A stretch of DNA of 64,000 nt from Daphnia carinata (Eukaryota). The DNA lies in contig NC_081333.1 of the NCBI RefSeq assembly GCF_022539665.2, positions 10,478,001-10,542,000 of the forward strand, in the 5' to 3' direction. The position numbers and the translations under genes were made by a program. Position 1 is the first letter of the stretch. Each line of letters starts with the position of its first letter. Under the pieces are notes generated by a model. That model saw only the letters and a program-made list of their open reading frames with translations. It did no database searches and was not told the origin of the DNA. Shown piece by piece: positions 37,401-51,900 of this stretch.

Positions 37401-40400
37401 TTCATGGTTTCTTTTACCTTCTGTCCTCGGCTTTTAAGACAGCAGTCATTGATCTCGAGTTCCAAATAATCTTTCGTACTACAGCAAGTGAATTGGTCGT
37501 CGCAAAGGCATAGTATAAGTCACCGATGGCTATGTGTTCGCCATCGAAGCCCTAAGAACGAGAAGTGAGTTATCGTTTTGACAGCCTGCGCACTACACCA
37601 AAGAGGCAACGATAATGAATTAGTTACAGGCCATCAACGTCGACAGACGCTAGGTTCGGTTCATGTTTAGCCGGCAAACTTGAGAACATCTATCTGCCGT
37701 TATTCTATCGAAGTGGGAGGGGGACGAGGCTGTTAATAATCTTAGAAGACTAGCTCGTTTTCAATAATACAAAACAAAATATAGAGTTGCTATTATAGAT
37801 GTTCGGTTAATGAAGGCCGAGGTGTTCGGCGAAACCCATAATGGTCGGTAATGGATGTGTAGAAAACAAAAGAGAAAACAAAAAGCATTCATTGAGCTTC
37901 TGTTAGGTTCTATAGTACGAACCCTTGTATAAAGCCTATTACATATGAAGAATTGTTGAAGAAACAAGCAGCCAAAGGAAAAAAAATGTTTTATTTTTTC
38001 TTTGTCTGGTAATCTATTTGGACTTGAACTCGTATCGATTCTTTTATTTAAAGAAGATTCTTTTACTGGCTTGTACTTTTCGTGAAATGGGAACTAGTTG
38101 GAAAAAGTTTTGAAGGAGATAGCCTACTGTATAGTCTAACAAACCGACTACAGTATCTCTCTTTAGTTTGTCATAAAAGGTTTGGAACGAAAAAAATCTA
38201 CAAAGCATTCCAGTAATCTAATTTTGGTCTACTCTATTAAGAGCTGTGACATGAGACAGTCGTCTACATTTGCATTTTTCTTGTTCCAGATGCTATACCG
38301 TAGGCAAGCTGAGGTGTATTAGAAATAGATGTCCCCTGCTTCTATCATTTCACAAAAAGTGAACGATAACTGAACGTCAATTGACTCTCTTTTTGTTTGT
38401 TTTTTTATTGCCTGTATTGCGTTGTATTGACATTTGACACTTTAAGTTTAAATCACGCTTCCAAGAGGCGAAGAATTTGGGCTAATGCGCATGACATACA
38501 AATATGGGCATACAGTAGAACTAAAGCAGAGAAAACAAGAAAAAAATAATTACGTTAAAGACGGATCACCTACTTGCGATCTGACAGCTCATTAGAAATC
38601 CGTTTTTTAAAGATAGAAATAGCAAATGCAAAAGGGGTTTTTTCACTTTCGAACTTTATATGCGTGTGAACAACAATACTTCGCTCCATTGGCCTGGCAA
38701 AGCCCATGTTTCTAAGCAACAGAAAGAGATAAAATAAGAATTGAAAAAAAAGTAGCAAACCGGGTGGATCTCAGATCAGTACTACGAGAAAAGAAAAGAT
38801 TTGTAGTTGTGTATATGTTTTATAAGGGATCGTGCGGATTTGCTGCCCTTAGAGAGAAAGCCTCGCCAGTTTACAATTTGGATACAGTACGAATCCCACA
38901 AGCGACCTGAGCAAATTTAGAAAAAGCAGATAGCCTACTGGCCAAATTCAGAGACAGCAAAGAAATTGGTTATCAAGATGTTAAAGTATATAGGCTATTA
39001 GAACCTTACATTAGGTTTACATTGTTTGCAGTTAACAGCAGCGAGTATCGTCCTTACTTGCGCCGTCCGTTACTCACACAGGAAAAGTTCTTGTCCACAT
39101 TTGACACTCGACTGATCGAAACTATTCAGAAATGCATAACAATCCGAGGATTTGTAACGCAAGGGTCCGTTCCACGCTAAACACACTTTGTACTAAGAAT
39201 TGGTGTGAGATGGGTTTCTTATTATTAAGAAGTAATGAGTTATGGTGCAGGAAACTTTTATAGCTTGAGTTACCGCAAGATTCGCCTTTAACTATTTACG
39301 TCTTGCAATTGTTAATCAATTGCATACGCTCTCCTCCATCACAACACGCAACGTCTTCTTCAAGAGGGCTTGTACAAAAACGTCAATATCGTAGATAGCG
39401 AACGATATTTCAAATCTTCTATCATTCTGATGATGCTTTTGTGATCGCTCTCGTACAGGTATTCGTACCGCACGAAAGAGAGTGCAAGTAATGGTTCGAC
39501 GGCGGTCGGCAGCATGGTGGATGGTGAGGAAATGGCCGGCTGTCTTGGTGGATCTAGCGGAAATGGCGCACATGATGGCAGTAGCGGAGCAGAATGCATC
39601 GAACTCTGTCATATGGAAAGAAGGATGTCGAGAGCGAGAGGATCGGATATAAGAGAATTGGCTACCAACATCTGCCGTCAATACATTCGCTCTTCATCAC
39701 GCTATCACTTGCTCGACCACTTAAAGGACATAGGTAAGATTGTTTGTAGACAAGTTGCTATGGTGACGATCGACGCCGTTCAAAGCCATTTCACGTTTTA
39801 TTCTGCCGCACATGCCAATCAATCAATGTAATGAAATACAGTGTGTAGCTCACGTCAACTTATGAGTGGACTAAAAATAATGGTGGCAAAGTTATTGGAC
39901 AGAAAGTGCCCTTTACTCCAACGCACAATTTTAAAGGAAGTGGGTAGTGAATTCTGTTGTTGATTCTTCGCTACTTACGATTTCAATTTATGATGAAAAA
40001 AGACCTGATATCTACGTCATAATGCCGTACTTGATTTTTAAAACTAACTGCGTGATAATGAAGTGACGTTGAACGATTGCCTGTCGTTCTGTGGTTCCAC
40101 ACCGTGTTAGAATATACGCACGAATACAGACCAACGCCCTTCTTTTTACAGCATTTAATTCTTATTTTTTTTTTACCCTTTTTGGTGGAGCTTATAAGGG
40201 TGGGGTTATTTATTTATAGATAGCCATTGACGGGCTAACTAGAACTATAACCTTTTCCTATTTACGCAGTTTTATAATGAAATTATTTCCGGACGTGTTC
40301 CCTGACAAAACAACATCTAGGTTACAGTCAATTCCACCAATAACAAAATCATTTCCGCGTTGACGAGATAGCCTAACAGTCGCAATAGATGAAAAATATG

Positions 40401-43400
40401 GATTTTAACATAAAGCAGCCCATGTTTTCGTCTGGGAAATCAAAAGTTCTCTGAAAACTAACAAAAAAAAAATGCTCGGCCCTTCGGTGGGTGATATAAT
40501 AACGATATACAGTCTCCGTTTTGGTTAGGGCGAATGAAAAACTGGAGGAAAATGCGGGGCTTATCCTAGAAATTGGGTTGCAACCTTTCAAAAACCCATA
40601 GTGGTTCACGGAAAGAAATAGTAAATACATCTAGGCTATAATTATATTTAAAGTGAACCTTTGATGCTAAATCCAAGCTTATTGGTGGCTTTAGGTTCTC
40701 CGACAAGCATCTCAAACTCCGTCATAGTTTTTTTTTGTCGTTTTGAATCGTTAATAATGGCTCAGACTTATTTCCTAAAGATATCCTAGATGCATTAGCC
40801 CGTGACAAAGTATCAAAAACGCCGCAATTTTATTTGTTGTATGTACATAGGATCAAGAATCGACAAGCAGTGGTTCATGATACGCGATGACTCGCTGAAA
40901 ACTGAACGACTTTTGACAATAGTGCCACTGACTGGATCACCCGGTTACGGTTGTGAGGTCACTACAACTGATGCGGATGCAACCCGCAACGCCCTTATCG
41001 ATCTCTTCACTGCTCTCCAACACCCGTAAGGGATCGTTTAATTATAGCGAATATTTCCTAAATAAATACTGCTAACTGCAATGTTTCATTTGCATCATTT
41101 TCGTTTATGTGATTCTTTTGCGTCATTTTTAAAAAATAATTTTAAAATTTGTTTTCTTTTTGTTTTTTTCTTCTAAATTTCTAAAAACGGCTTGGATGCT
41201 AAATATCGCACAATTTTAGATACATATATCCAGTTTTGGATGTGGATTTTGTTTACGGTTCCGTTGCGTCAACGAATTCACCTTTCTGTGAAGAGGCTAA
41301 ACCAGTTCTCGTGGCCGTCTTTCCTTTTAATACCAAAGGATCGCTCAAGGACCTCATCTACAGAGTAAAGATCTCTCTCTCTCATTCTCTGTCTCACGTA
41401 GTCATATTACCCACTTATTAAAGGGTTTCCTTCCTCTCTCTTTTCAATGAGCAATTACCGCCTTTTATGCACATCTAAAGAAACGATCTACTTGTTTATG
41501 ATTTATACTTTTACGTTTTACACGGGTCCAAGCTTCTCAAACATTTTGCAACATTTCATGGCGAAGTGTTTCATATATATCAACGCAACAAATTCGATGT
41601 TTTTAACAGAGTCGCTGGCAAGATGATTGGGGTCAGAAATATTGTCAACGATCTGAGGGATTGCCTCTTCTTCAAGTCCAACGATTGGGTCGCCAAATCT
41701 TAGAGGCTCTCCTCTTTCTCCAAGAGCGAGGCTTCCCTCCTTTCGGACATTTGCATTCTGGGAATGTCATTATCCAAAACGGTGTAGCCAGGTATGCTTC
41801 ATTTCTCTTTGATAAAACATACCGTACACTTTAGAAACGTACGCACTCAGACTTTCAGTTTAAAACTTACATTGCTTATAACTCTACGAAGAACGCAGTA
41901 TGTTTACTGCAACGAACCAGACGGTGGTTTCGCACTCAATCTGCAAACTAATCTGCTACCCAGCTGACTTTCCTGATCCAATTTGCCAATTCACCTTTCC
42001 TGCCTTCGTCATTGTGTTGGCCGAGAACTTCCAACGATCCCTGTAGGTTTCTCATTTCACCTACTGGCCCCAGACTTTTTCTACCTTGCTATACCGATCA
42101 CTTGTTTTTTCCCCATACGTCTATTAACGAGAGAACGTCTCCCGCTTGTCAAGTTCCCAGACAAACAAAAATCGATCTTAGGACTATAGGATAACAAAAA
42201 AGAAAAAAAAAATAACAAAACAAACAAAGTAAACTAAATAACTAGGTTGACGGGCTTCGAGAACACGCTGTTAGGATTTTCGTCTCGGATTCATCCTATG
42301 GTCAAGAGCATCCTGCCCGGCACACCCGCCGTTGTTGACACCATCTGTTTTGGTACTCTATATACTTATTATTTAAGCTAGCTAAGCTTGATATCTTGTT
42401 GCTTATCATATTAAATTCTAATTTTATTATCTCTCAGTGACAAAAGAGAAATACGCATTGATTTTTAATTGATTTCCTGATCAAAGAGTTATACATAGTA
42501 GTAGATCCCATATGCTATTGCAACTGGCTATAGACTTCCTCGTCCCTTTTTGTTTTATATCAATTAAATGTACTGTGATATACGCAAACCTCCCTGAGGG
42601 AGGTAACTGCGTCGAACTGTGCAACCTATACTATTACCCGTTCCCTGATAACTGAGCTCGATGACGTCATTGTTTGCATTTGATCTACGCTATATATATT
42701 CAATATCGTTGTTGGCTTGCCTAGAATTCAACAGTGCCCTATTTATTCGTTAACATATCTACCGCGTGTAAAGGCTACTTATATGCATCCGCATTATTTT
42801 TATAGCATAGATGGCAAGCCACCATTAGAAGGATTATCACCGGAGTCTTATGAATAAATGCATAAAGGGCACGGTGCATCAGCTCACTTTCAATATTGCC
42901 GTTGACAGCTCCCTCGAGATATTACTCAGAAGTATTAACGGATGAGTAATGAGTAAGCACACAAAGAAAAAAAGTTCTAAAAAAAAATAGGGGGGGGGGG
43001 AGAAAACCACACAGTCACAGAGTGATCTGGATATATATGCATATATTCAATGGTCGGCAATGTCGATAATCGATATGGACTATCTCATTTTGTGTAGACT
43101 ATATTATGCTTACGTCAAGCATTTAAACCAATAATAACTATAGCTTATTGATTTTCCTTTTATGTTTGTAGTTTTGATGTGCGTCAGTTTATGATCTTTT
43201 ATTCAAAGGGTTCTTAATGTTCTTTCTCTCTGATGGCAAATTGCATAGGTCACGTCCTGTTTGAAATGTGCAGCGGATACGAACTCTATGCTCCCAAACC
43301 GACGGCCCGACACTTGGAGGATTTACAGTCTTATCCGCAGGTATAAGGATTATCTTAAAATATTAAAACCCCTATGAAATTAGCAAGTTTAAAACCAGCA

Positions 43401-45938
43401 CCATTGTGCGCACTTATGGCGTCTTCTGGATTCATGTCTTTCAAGCAGGTTATTGAAGTCTTGGATTACATCTTCAACAGTCCGGGTGAGGAATACCCAA
43501 CGATCGGGAACCTAGCCATTCTCGAGTTCTTCCGCAACATCGATCTCCGAGAAATGAGATGCTCGACGGTTAACTTCTCCTCTCTTACGCACCTGATCGA
43601 ACCCATTCAAGCTTTGGTTCAGCGTGTCTAATCTATATTTGCCGAACGAGCGGGCAACTGGTTTGCCAATAACCAATAAGAATTTCGAAAACTATTTATT
43701 TTTTTTACGATTTAGATATTGTTTTCTTTTTTTTAAAAAAGCGAACGAACGCGTAAAGAAAACAATTCGTCAGTCAGTATTATTGACGTACGTAATAATG
43801 ACCATGTCTTGCTTACTCGTGCCCATTAATATAGATTGGAAACACATTTATACGATTAAGTATATAGGCAAAATGTCCCTTTAGTAATTTGGAGTAGAAT
43901 TTTCAGTAAACTTGTAGAATTCGCAACGCCGACATCACTGTTTATTACGTTTGTTGTTTTTGATACAATAAAATTACGTTCATTAGTTTTGATCGTTTGT
44001 TGGCAGGTTTTCATAGCATTATCGGAGTGCATTTTCTTTGCTATTATTTTCTGATGCTATTTTTTTTCAAAATATAGTGGATTAATCAAATATATTATTA
44101 TTATTTCTCATTCATGCAGATATACTACAACGCCAAGTTGACCCGCGCGGCCTTGAATCTTCTAGAACAGGTAATTGCTGATGATATCACGCTCGTCTAT
44201 AATTGGATTGGACGGTGGTTATCATTCTCTCATTGTTTATTTTGTATGACATTACAGGTGCAACAAAAACGACACAGGTAACTATGATGCGGACGATCAA
44301 GTAAGAATAGACTAGAATAACACATAAACAACAAATGGCCCACAGAGAAAACTAAATTTAGAAACAGTGAATGGAAAGTAGAACTTAATGAGTTCATTTG
44401 AACAATCACGCCTAAACGTTGCACTATTGTTTATGATATATCTTGAGATGGCGATGCCCGTTTTGCGCGTGGTTCTAAAGCCAACATTTATAACCTCTTA
44501 TTTGATACAGTATAGCCATAATTATTCACTAATAGTGTTGGGTAAGAGTTGGATTTGACGAGGGATTGTTGCGTTATGCTAGCACAGTAAAACAAACTTG
44601 CTAATTGTATTGTGTATCGTGATTTCAGCTATTGACTATTTTGATTTATTTTTTGTTATTTTGTTATATTATTTTTATTTTCTCTCGTGGTGGTGTGGTT
44701 TTTTTTTTTAATATCTAACTCCTCTGGTCGGACACTCAGAAAAGAGAAACTGTTATCAAAGCATCACAAATGCTATCGATATCACTCCACTCCGTCGCCA
44801 AAATTGGATTCAGCCTTCTCAGCGACTGAAGTTCCTAGCTACAGTAGGAGGTAACCACATTTTGGTATTCATTTTTAAATGATAGACCGCATTACCGATA
44901 GAGGATAAAGCAATGCGTGACAAGCTACGTGTAAAATCGATATCGCGACCTTTCACGCACAGTCTATCCAGAATGACATATTTCGCTGGTCAGAGAATTC
45001 CGGGAAACGTTGTTGTGTCGTATAGCGGATGAGAGAGTCAGAGGTTTGCGTATATACGTACATATTGCTCTATTGCTCTACGGAGAGTATTCGTATTAGT
45101 CGTTTCGTGAGTCCTTGAACACACAAATGGTCTTTTTTGTTCACTGCTGTTTCGTACACGAAATACTTGGATCTGTAGCGGCTGATAGCTTCGACAAATT
45201 AAAAATGTCGTCATGCTGGTAATTAAAAGACATATTACCTTGAAAAAATCAATCAAATACCATTAAAATACGAATGTCTTAAAAACATTAATGCTATGCT
45301 AACCGCAAAAACAGCTAATGCATTACAGTCAGCTTTAATCTCGTTCAAAATTGTTTAAGCCTGGGAAATAGTTTTACATCCCAGTAATATGACGCTTTAT
45401 AGTAAAATTTATTTTAAGAAATATTTCTATTACATTAATCTAAACGTCCCAATCATGAGTTTGCCTCATTGGAAGTTTTCCAATTAGTTAGACTTATTTT
45501 ATGTTTTTAAACCGTCCATTTTAAACATTCTTTTTCAGGCAGATTGAAGTTCATTCAATGGAAGGCAACAGTCATCCAAATATGGAGACAGAAGGAAACA
45601 ACGGAAACGATGCCAACACCTTACCGCAACAATGGAAGCCACCGAAAGATTTGCCAAATCAACCTGATGATGCTGAAAATCTAGAACAGGAAGAACAATG
45701 GAACAGCGGCGGTGATGTGATCCGGTCGCAGAGCATACGCTCTGGCCTGACATTGAATCTAAGCAATAACGTTCATGGCGGACACATGGTCCGCCCTCGG
45801 TCCACCGTGCCTACCAGTTGCATCTCGCCGTCCATTATCTCCTCTTTCATTTCGCTCGAAGCATTTGGTGCCAACAACGAAAAACGACAGCATTCGACCG
45901 GCACATTCAGCGCTAATGTCCAAGCACAAGTAAATTAA
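31421..45938 (+). CDS. Slob: Slowpoke-binding protein (PXK-like pseudokinase domain). Common exons 39459-39733, 40851-41025, 41220-41364, 41610-41791, 42246-42352, 43249-43340, 43449-43568, 44120-44170, 44258-44277, 44740-44850, 45539-45938; alternative 5' exons upstream
   Basis: RYHLLDHLKDIGSRIDKQWF, LQHPYIYPVLD, FNTKGSLKDLIY, GLPLLQVQRLGRQILEALLFLQERGFPPFGHLHSGNVIIQNGVARLTGFENTLLG, FGHVLFEMCSGYEL, FFRNIDLREM. Phases are consistent. No PX domain is seen. The extreme N- and C-terminal exons are less certain. Confidence 0.85.
34464..35956 (+). CDS. Slob: Alternative Slob N-terminal exons 34464-34802 and 35739-35956
   Basis: MFNMYRRR...NVNYDKWPRRLRPKKNSL... joins in phase 0 to SPKSSSQ...SLSSIR, whose phase-2 donor (35957) fits the acceptor at 39459. 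Confidence 0.65.
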
Positions 45939-48900
45939 ATTTATACTGTTCTTTTTCCGAACCTAACGGTGATAGTTTCCCGTTCATTTCATCATTTGAT
46001 ATTCAAATTTTAAATGGCGATCAAAATCTCGCGCGTTATGTGTAGATGTCATTCAAAACAAATTCTAAATGCAGCAACAGGTGTTTGTGAACAGGGAAAT
46101 TTGCTTCTTAGGCCGTGCAAAAGGTAGCAATAAAAAAAAAGACATCAACCGAAATCTTCTGGGAACATTGAGGGGGACGTATGAATAATGCCAACTGCTC
46201 TCGCGTGAGAATTTCGTCAGGTGTGTCGACGAACAGTGACGTAGACGTCCAGTGGGGAACCGACAGACATTTCGTTTGGCAATCGTTATGCGAAATGTGA
46301 GGCATCATCTCGTAGACATGTGTAAAGAGAACGGAAAACGGGATAATAAACAAGACATTCGTGATGATGAAGCTAACCAAATGCACTGGGCACGAAGGCC
46401 ACTGATGTGCAAACACATCAATTTGGTTCGAAGACATTCTCCTAGATATATTTTTAAAAATAGCCTTAGTGTACGTAATTTTATGAAACTGTGTGCGCAT
46501 GTATTTACATTTACATTTTTTGAAAACAGAATATTTATTGCTCGGATGACTCTTTTCAAACACCACTTGAGTCACCTTGCGCCGAGCAAAAGCACTACTT
46601 TCCCGTTGATCACGCAGAAGACCAGCCCTTGGTGATGGTGCTAACTCCGCCCGACGCCAGTGAACCTGTTCTCATCGAAGGTTGAGTTCACTTGCCAATA
46701 ATAGCTAGCCTAAACTTTTATTGAATTTCTTTTTTAAACAAATAAAACTATATTGTGAGACGGTTTCCGTTAGCTTTAAAATTACACCGCAGTCATTGAT
46801 ACACAATCTGTCTAATGTTCCATTCATTTGTTGGACATTCGCGTGAATTTACCATTACGCAATAAGAAGAAAACGAAAAAATATTTGTGTAAAGGAGACG
46901 TTGACACTTGATAGTCTTGAAACGGTATCTACTATACCAAGCCAAAGATGTCGACGCAAAGTCGTGATCAGTTTAATCCAAAAGATCAGTTGACTAACAG
47001 CATTCCGATGATTTGAGCCCGAATTCCAGACTTCCACACCACTCAAAGTAAATACGAATAAACGAGTTTTCCTTTAGGTAAGTGCAAAAGCTGGCGTCGC
47101 GTTCACTTACCTTTTGTTTACTTAATTGAGTGATCGTTGACGGGTAAGCCCATTATCACAAAGCTGCAAGCCACTAGGGCGTCCTAGCTTTACACGGTCA
47201 GAAATCAGCTCTTTGCGCCTCGCCATTGTGTCGAACGTAACAACAACAAAATTCTCAGCGTTGTTTTCAAATCGAATTCTATAGTCATGCGTATCCTGTA
47301 CTTTCCTGATAATTTTTTGTCTCCTATTATTCAACTCGTCATTCTACTGCTTCCCTGGTTTGCGTGCAAACTTAGTGTTCTTAACTCGTACGTGCACGAG
47401 TGGAAGAATTCCATGGTAGGTGCAATCACCCAATTAGTCGTTGCCCGTTGTTTGTTCTCGAGATACCAACCTATAATTGCATTAAAGGTTACACTGGACA
47501 GCATAGTTGAAATACCAAAGTGTTTTTTCTTTTGAATTTTCGTGCAATTAACCGGCGACACAGAAACCTACAGACAACAAATAACTGTTTTGCATCTTTG
47601 CTGCTTCCTTTCTTTACAGACGTCAAGACTTTCTTGCGTTTAGCCTATAGCATGTCCCTTGTGCAAGGGTATCTAAGGTTTCAGACAATACTCGTTTCTT
47701 TTCGTGACATATTATCGTCCTTTGTTGGACGTTTTTTCCAAAACGGCAAGCTGACTGAAGATAGACGCATTGCGTAATGTTAGATAAATGCGCAAATGAT
47801 AAGGGTTCATCTACTCATCAATTGTCAGTCTAGGTAGTTGAACTTACGTGGCGTCCGATAGAGTCACGGAATCCAATTAATGGCTAACATTCCATCTAGA
47901 AATGGATGATACGGGAATCAAAGATGACGACAAGTAGTCGCATCTCAGTCTCGAGATTGTTGGCAGCTCGCGATATAAACTTTCACCATAGCCAATTAAA
48001 TTGAGCTACGCAACCAACACAAAATGGAAATTAGTTCTTTGCCTAATTTTTTTTTCATAACCACTGCCATTCGTTGCAAAACCCAAAACTGCATAATACA
48101 TGATGCGGACTATTTGGCTGATCAACAAATAAGGGGAAACTAATTTTCATCCCGGATTTTTAACTTTCTCATTTTGCCTGTTGATCACCAGCTTCATTGC
48201 CTCCATCTTTCCATTTGCACGGTAACAATAAAAGGTGAGCCAAGTTAGTTAATAGATTGCTACAGGGAATTATCCGTTGAATCATAATATATAATTTGCA
48301 GGTAAGAATGTGCAGTGAGAGGCGGTGAGTTAAATGTTGCTGATTACAGATCACATGGAGCTAGAGGTAAGATAATAGTGTGATATAAAACAAGTAAACG
48401 TTAAACTTATCGATTAATGGTCGTCAAGTCGTGAAAATTCCTTTTTTCATCCAAACTCTTTTTCTTTTACATGTTTTTTTTTTTCTGGTACTTCACTGGC
48501 AAGTTTACGTTCGAAATATTTCTTATGATATATGTAAACGTAGGTTCACTGGAGCGTACACATATGTTGGCTTCAAATCGGAAACTCTGAAACCGGAAGA
48601 GATAAAAAATGATACAAGTTTTCCGCACAGGCCGCTGTTATCAAATGGAAAGCACGTCAATCATAGTTTTTTTATGGCGGGGTAATTACGTCACCTGGAC
48701 AGCTGGTTGTGTATTGATCAAGTTCCATCTGGCCCCAGTTATTGCTAACAATAAACGAAGCACTACCGAACAGACGCTGAACACTCTGAGCTCCTTTGAC
48801 AATCTAATCCCCGTTCCAGCACCGAAAGCGGATTCGGCTATCTGATTGGAAGCGAAATAGTTCATTATTTACTATTCAGAGCTTCAAACACTTCTGAACG

Positions 48901-51900
48901 ATGCATAGGTCCATTAGTCAATTGTCCTTTTCTCCGATAGACTGGGACTACCATAAGGATGGTGTTTACTAATGCTGTTCTTTTAAATCATTCTTTTGCA
49001 TTTCTGGGGTTAAGGTTCTGTTCGCAAGGCACTCGTGTTTATTTTTATATTTTAACTATCACGTATGCTGTACCTGAGACATGAGAAGAACTTCCTGGTC
49101 ATAAAGCCATTTATACCGTCTGGTCGAAAGCCACCGGAATTGGCCGGTTCGTCGAGTTTGTTTCTTTATTTCCTGTAAATTGATTCATTTCGGCATCATT
49201 ATGTTTGTTTGTTTTTTTCATCCTGCTTCTTCATTATATTGTCGTGCTCTCTACGGATTTCTATCACAGTTGAATTGTGTCTATACAGACATTGTTAAGT
49301 TGTTAGCTTTAACATTTTATTTTCGCCTCTTGCAGTGGATTCTAATCCGAAAGGTATTTCCCTTTCGTTCCTACGTAAACTCGATAACAATGAAACGGAC
49401 TCGTTGTGAATTTTGTGTTTCTGTTTCGTCCTCTTGCTTTATCAGGTGCATACTAGCACTTTTCATGCACCATAACATTAGCTTACCTTTTTTTGCTTTT
49501 CATCAGCCAGAGACGCTGCGTGTTCAGCTACTTATCAAAGGCCCATAAAAATACTAAGTCTTTTTTTTTAAGTATTTTCCTCTATTGTCGTGTCCTGTTC
49601 TAAAGCTTTCAACATTTCCTTCTTCCGTCCTGCTAAGGAATTCAGATGTTGAAACCTTAAAAAAAGAATGGGAAAGTGTTTTTTTGTGCTTCCCTTTTTG
49701 ATTCGTCAATGCGCCCTTTTCGCGTTTCGTTTCTTCAACGTGAAAAGAAACAATGCACAGTAGGCATCAGAGGTAGCATTTTTAGAATGCATTTGGCTTC
49801 TTTTTCTGTCCTATACTCTTTGCTAAGTTGTGACCACAAAATCTTGATACCAAATGGCACCGGGCGTATTCCGAAAGGAAAGGAACTATGAAAGGAAAAG
49901 AAGCGAAAGAAAGAAATTCTTAAAAAGTGCTCACGAACTACACTATACCAGATAAGACATACACAAAAGAAAAAAAAAAGAAAATACCAAACAATAAGAC
50001 ACACATGTACTTTACACACCCACAAAGGGCGAAAATGCAAGCGAGTGCACGATACCGGAACAGCAGCAATGCATTCGTCCGTCTCGTCAAGGCCATGTTT
50101 CTCCCGCGTGTCCAGTGTCCGAAACATTCGACTAAGAAGCACGACATAAAAAAAAAAGAAGTCAACGAAATACAAGTATTAAAAAAAAAAAAGCACAAAG
50201 AACATGATGGCGGATACGGAAGCTAATCCGAATCTTGTCCCCCCTTCGTTTTCCATTATTTATAGCAGGTTCGATTTTTTTATATGCACAGTGATCCGGG
50301 ATGTTGTTCAGTTTTCTATCTTTTTCCCACTAGCATAGCTCGCGACTTGCTATTTTCACACACCTATGTATATGATAGTTAACAAAAAGTCGGACGTTAT
50401 GTGTAGATAATATCGCATAGAGTTCTATTCACGAAAGGGCTCTCATCGTCCTTGCCTTACGGGGGATACAGCCGCTCGAATATTCGTTTGAGCGACAGTA
50501 AGCTAATACTTCATCCGCAATCTCAGCTATTTCTTCTTTTTTTTTGACGCAGTCGACTTGCGCTAAGTCTTTTTCTCTGTATTATAGGATCACGTGACTC
50601 ATAGTTGACGGATGTATTTTTTTTTCATTAAGCTCCATCTCAAGGTTTCATTGCTTAAGGCTGTTTATTCTTCTTATTATCATTGGACTTTTTTTATTTT
50701 ATTTTTTAAGGTTATTTGGTTAGACCTTTTTTAAGGCTGAATGCCACTGAGTTAAACAAACATAAGAATGCAGTATAAAAGAAGCAAAAAGAAATGAAAC
50801 AAAACATTTGTTTTGATGGCCATTCGCCGTTGAAATCTGGAACTATACTAATTTCACAAACAATTCGTAGATAAGCAACAAGTGAAATGTAAAGAAAAAC
50901 AAAAACAATTTTTGAAAAAAAAAAAAAAAAAATCATAGACAATGCAGGGCAAAGTGCTTTAAACTGGTGATCTAACTGTTTATTCGTACGCGTCGGCAAC
51001 GCGTCGACACCGCACGCAATCACTGGTCCGAAACGGACAAACTGACAGGCACAGAGCAACGAGAATCCACTCGATGAGCTGTCGGTCACGTTATCAAACC
51101 ATCTGTCAGTTGGCGCGAGACGGACCGAGTGGGCGACGGCCGACTTCGACCGCTAAAGGCGAGCCCATGTAACTGGATCCATTACGGATTTCTCGCTCAA
51201 TTTTCCCGCGCTGATAAAACAATATGTATGTTTAACATGTGCAGTGCCTCTATACTTGTGTATGACGAGTGTGCAGTCCGGCCGTGACCAGGAACTGAAG
51301 GCGTAAACCTGTCACGTACGGTACAGTACACACAGCCTGAACGCACGCATCATCGAGAAACCAGAAAACAACTAAATTTTATTCCTTAGCTTTGATTTGT
51401 TTTTTTTTCTTGTATTTTAACCGTTTCAAATCAAATGTCAGCCAAGCCAAGATATAACTTTTTCTTTCCATCTCAGCACCTTTCACTTCACATTTTTATG
51501 ATGCCAACTGCGATGAATATCAGTGAAAAATGGCAACTGTCATGTATGATGTACATACGTAAATTCTATCCAATTGATTGTGGCATTCAAGCTGGACAGA
51601 AAGAAAACTCCGGCTCAAGTTATTAACCGAAAGATTTTTAGTTTAGACCTCTCTTTTTATGTGTGTGTGAGTGTGTGTGTTTTACTTGATGCCCGTCACA
51701 GAGGAATGAAGTTTGGCAAGTTATCGCTCATTGAATTGTGCAATCAATTAATTATGCCATGATTTATTTTGCTGGCATTTGCCCATGGAAGGCCGAAAGC
51801 GAATGAACAGCATAATCATATTCAATTGCACGCTCTAGTACATGTAACATGGCGCCATTGTTAGAAATTTGTTATTTGCACATAAAAATACTAAAAAATG

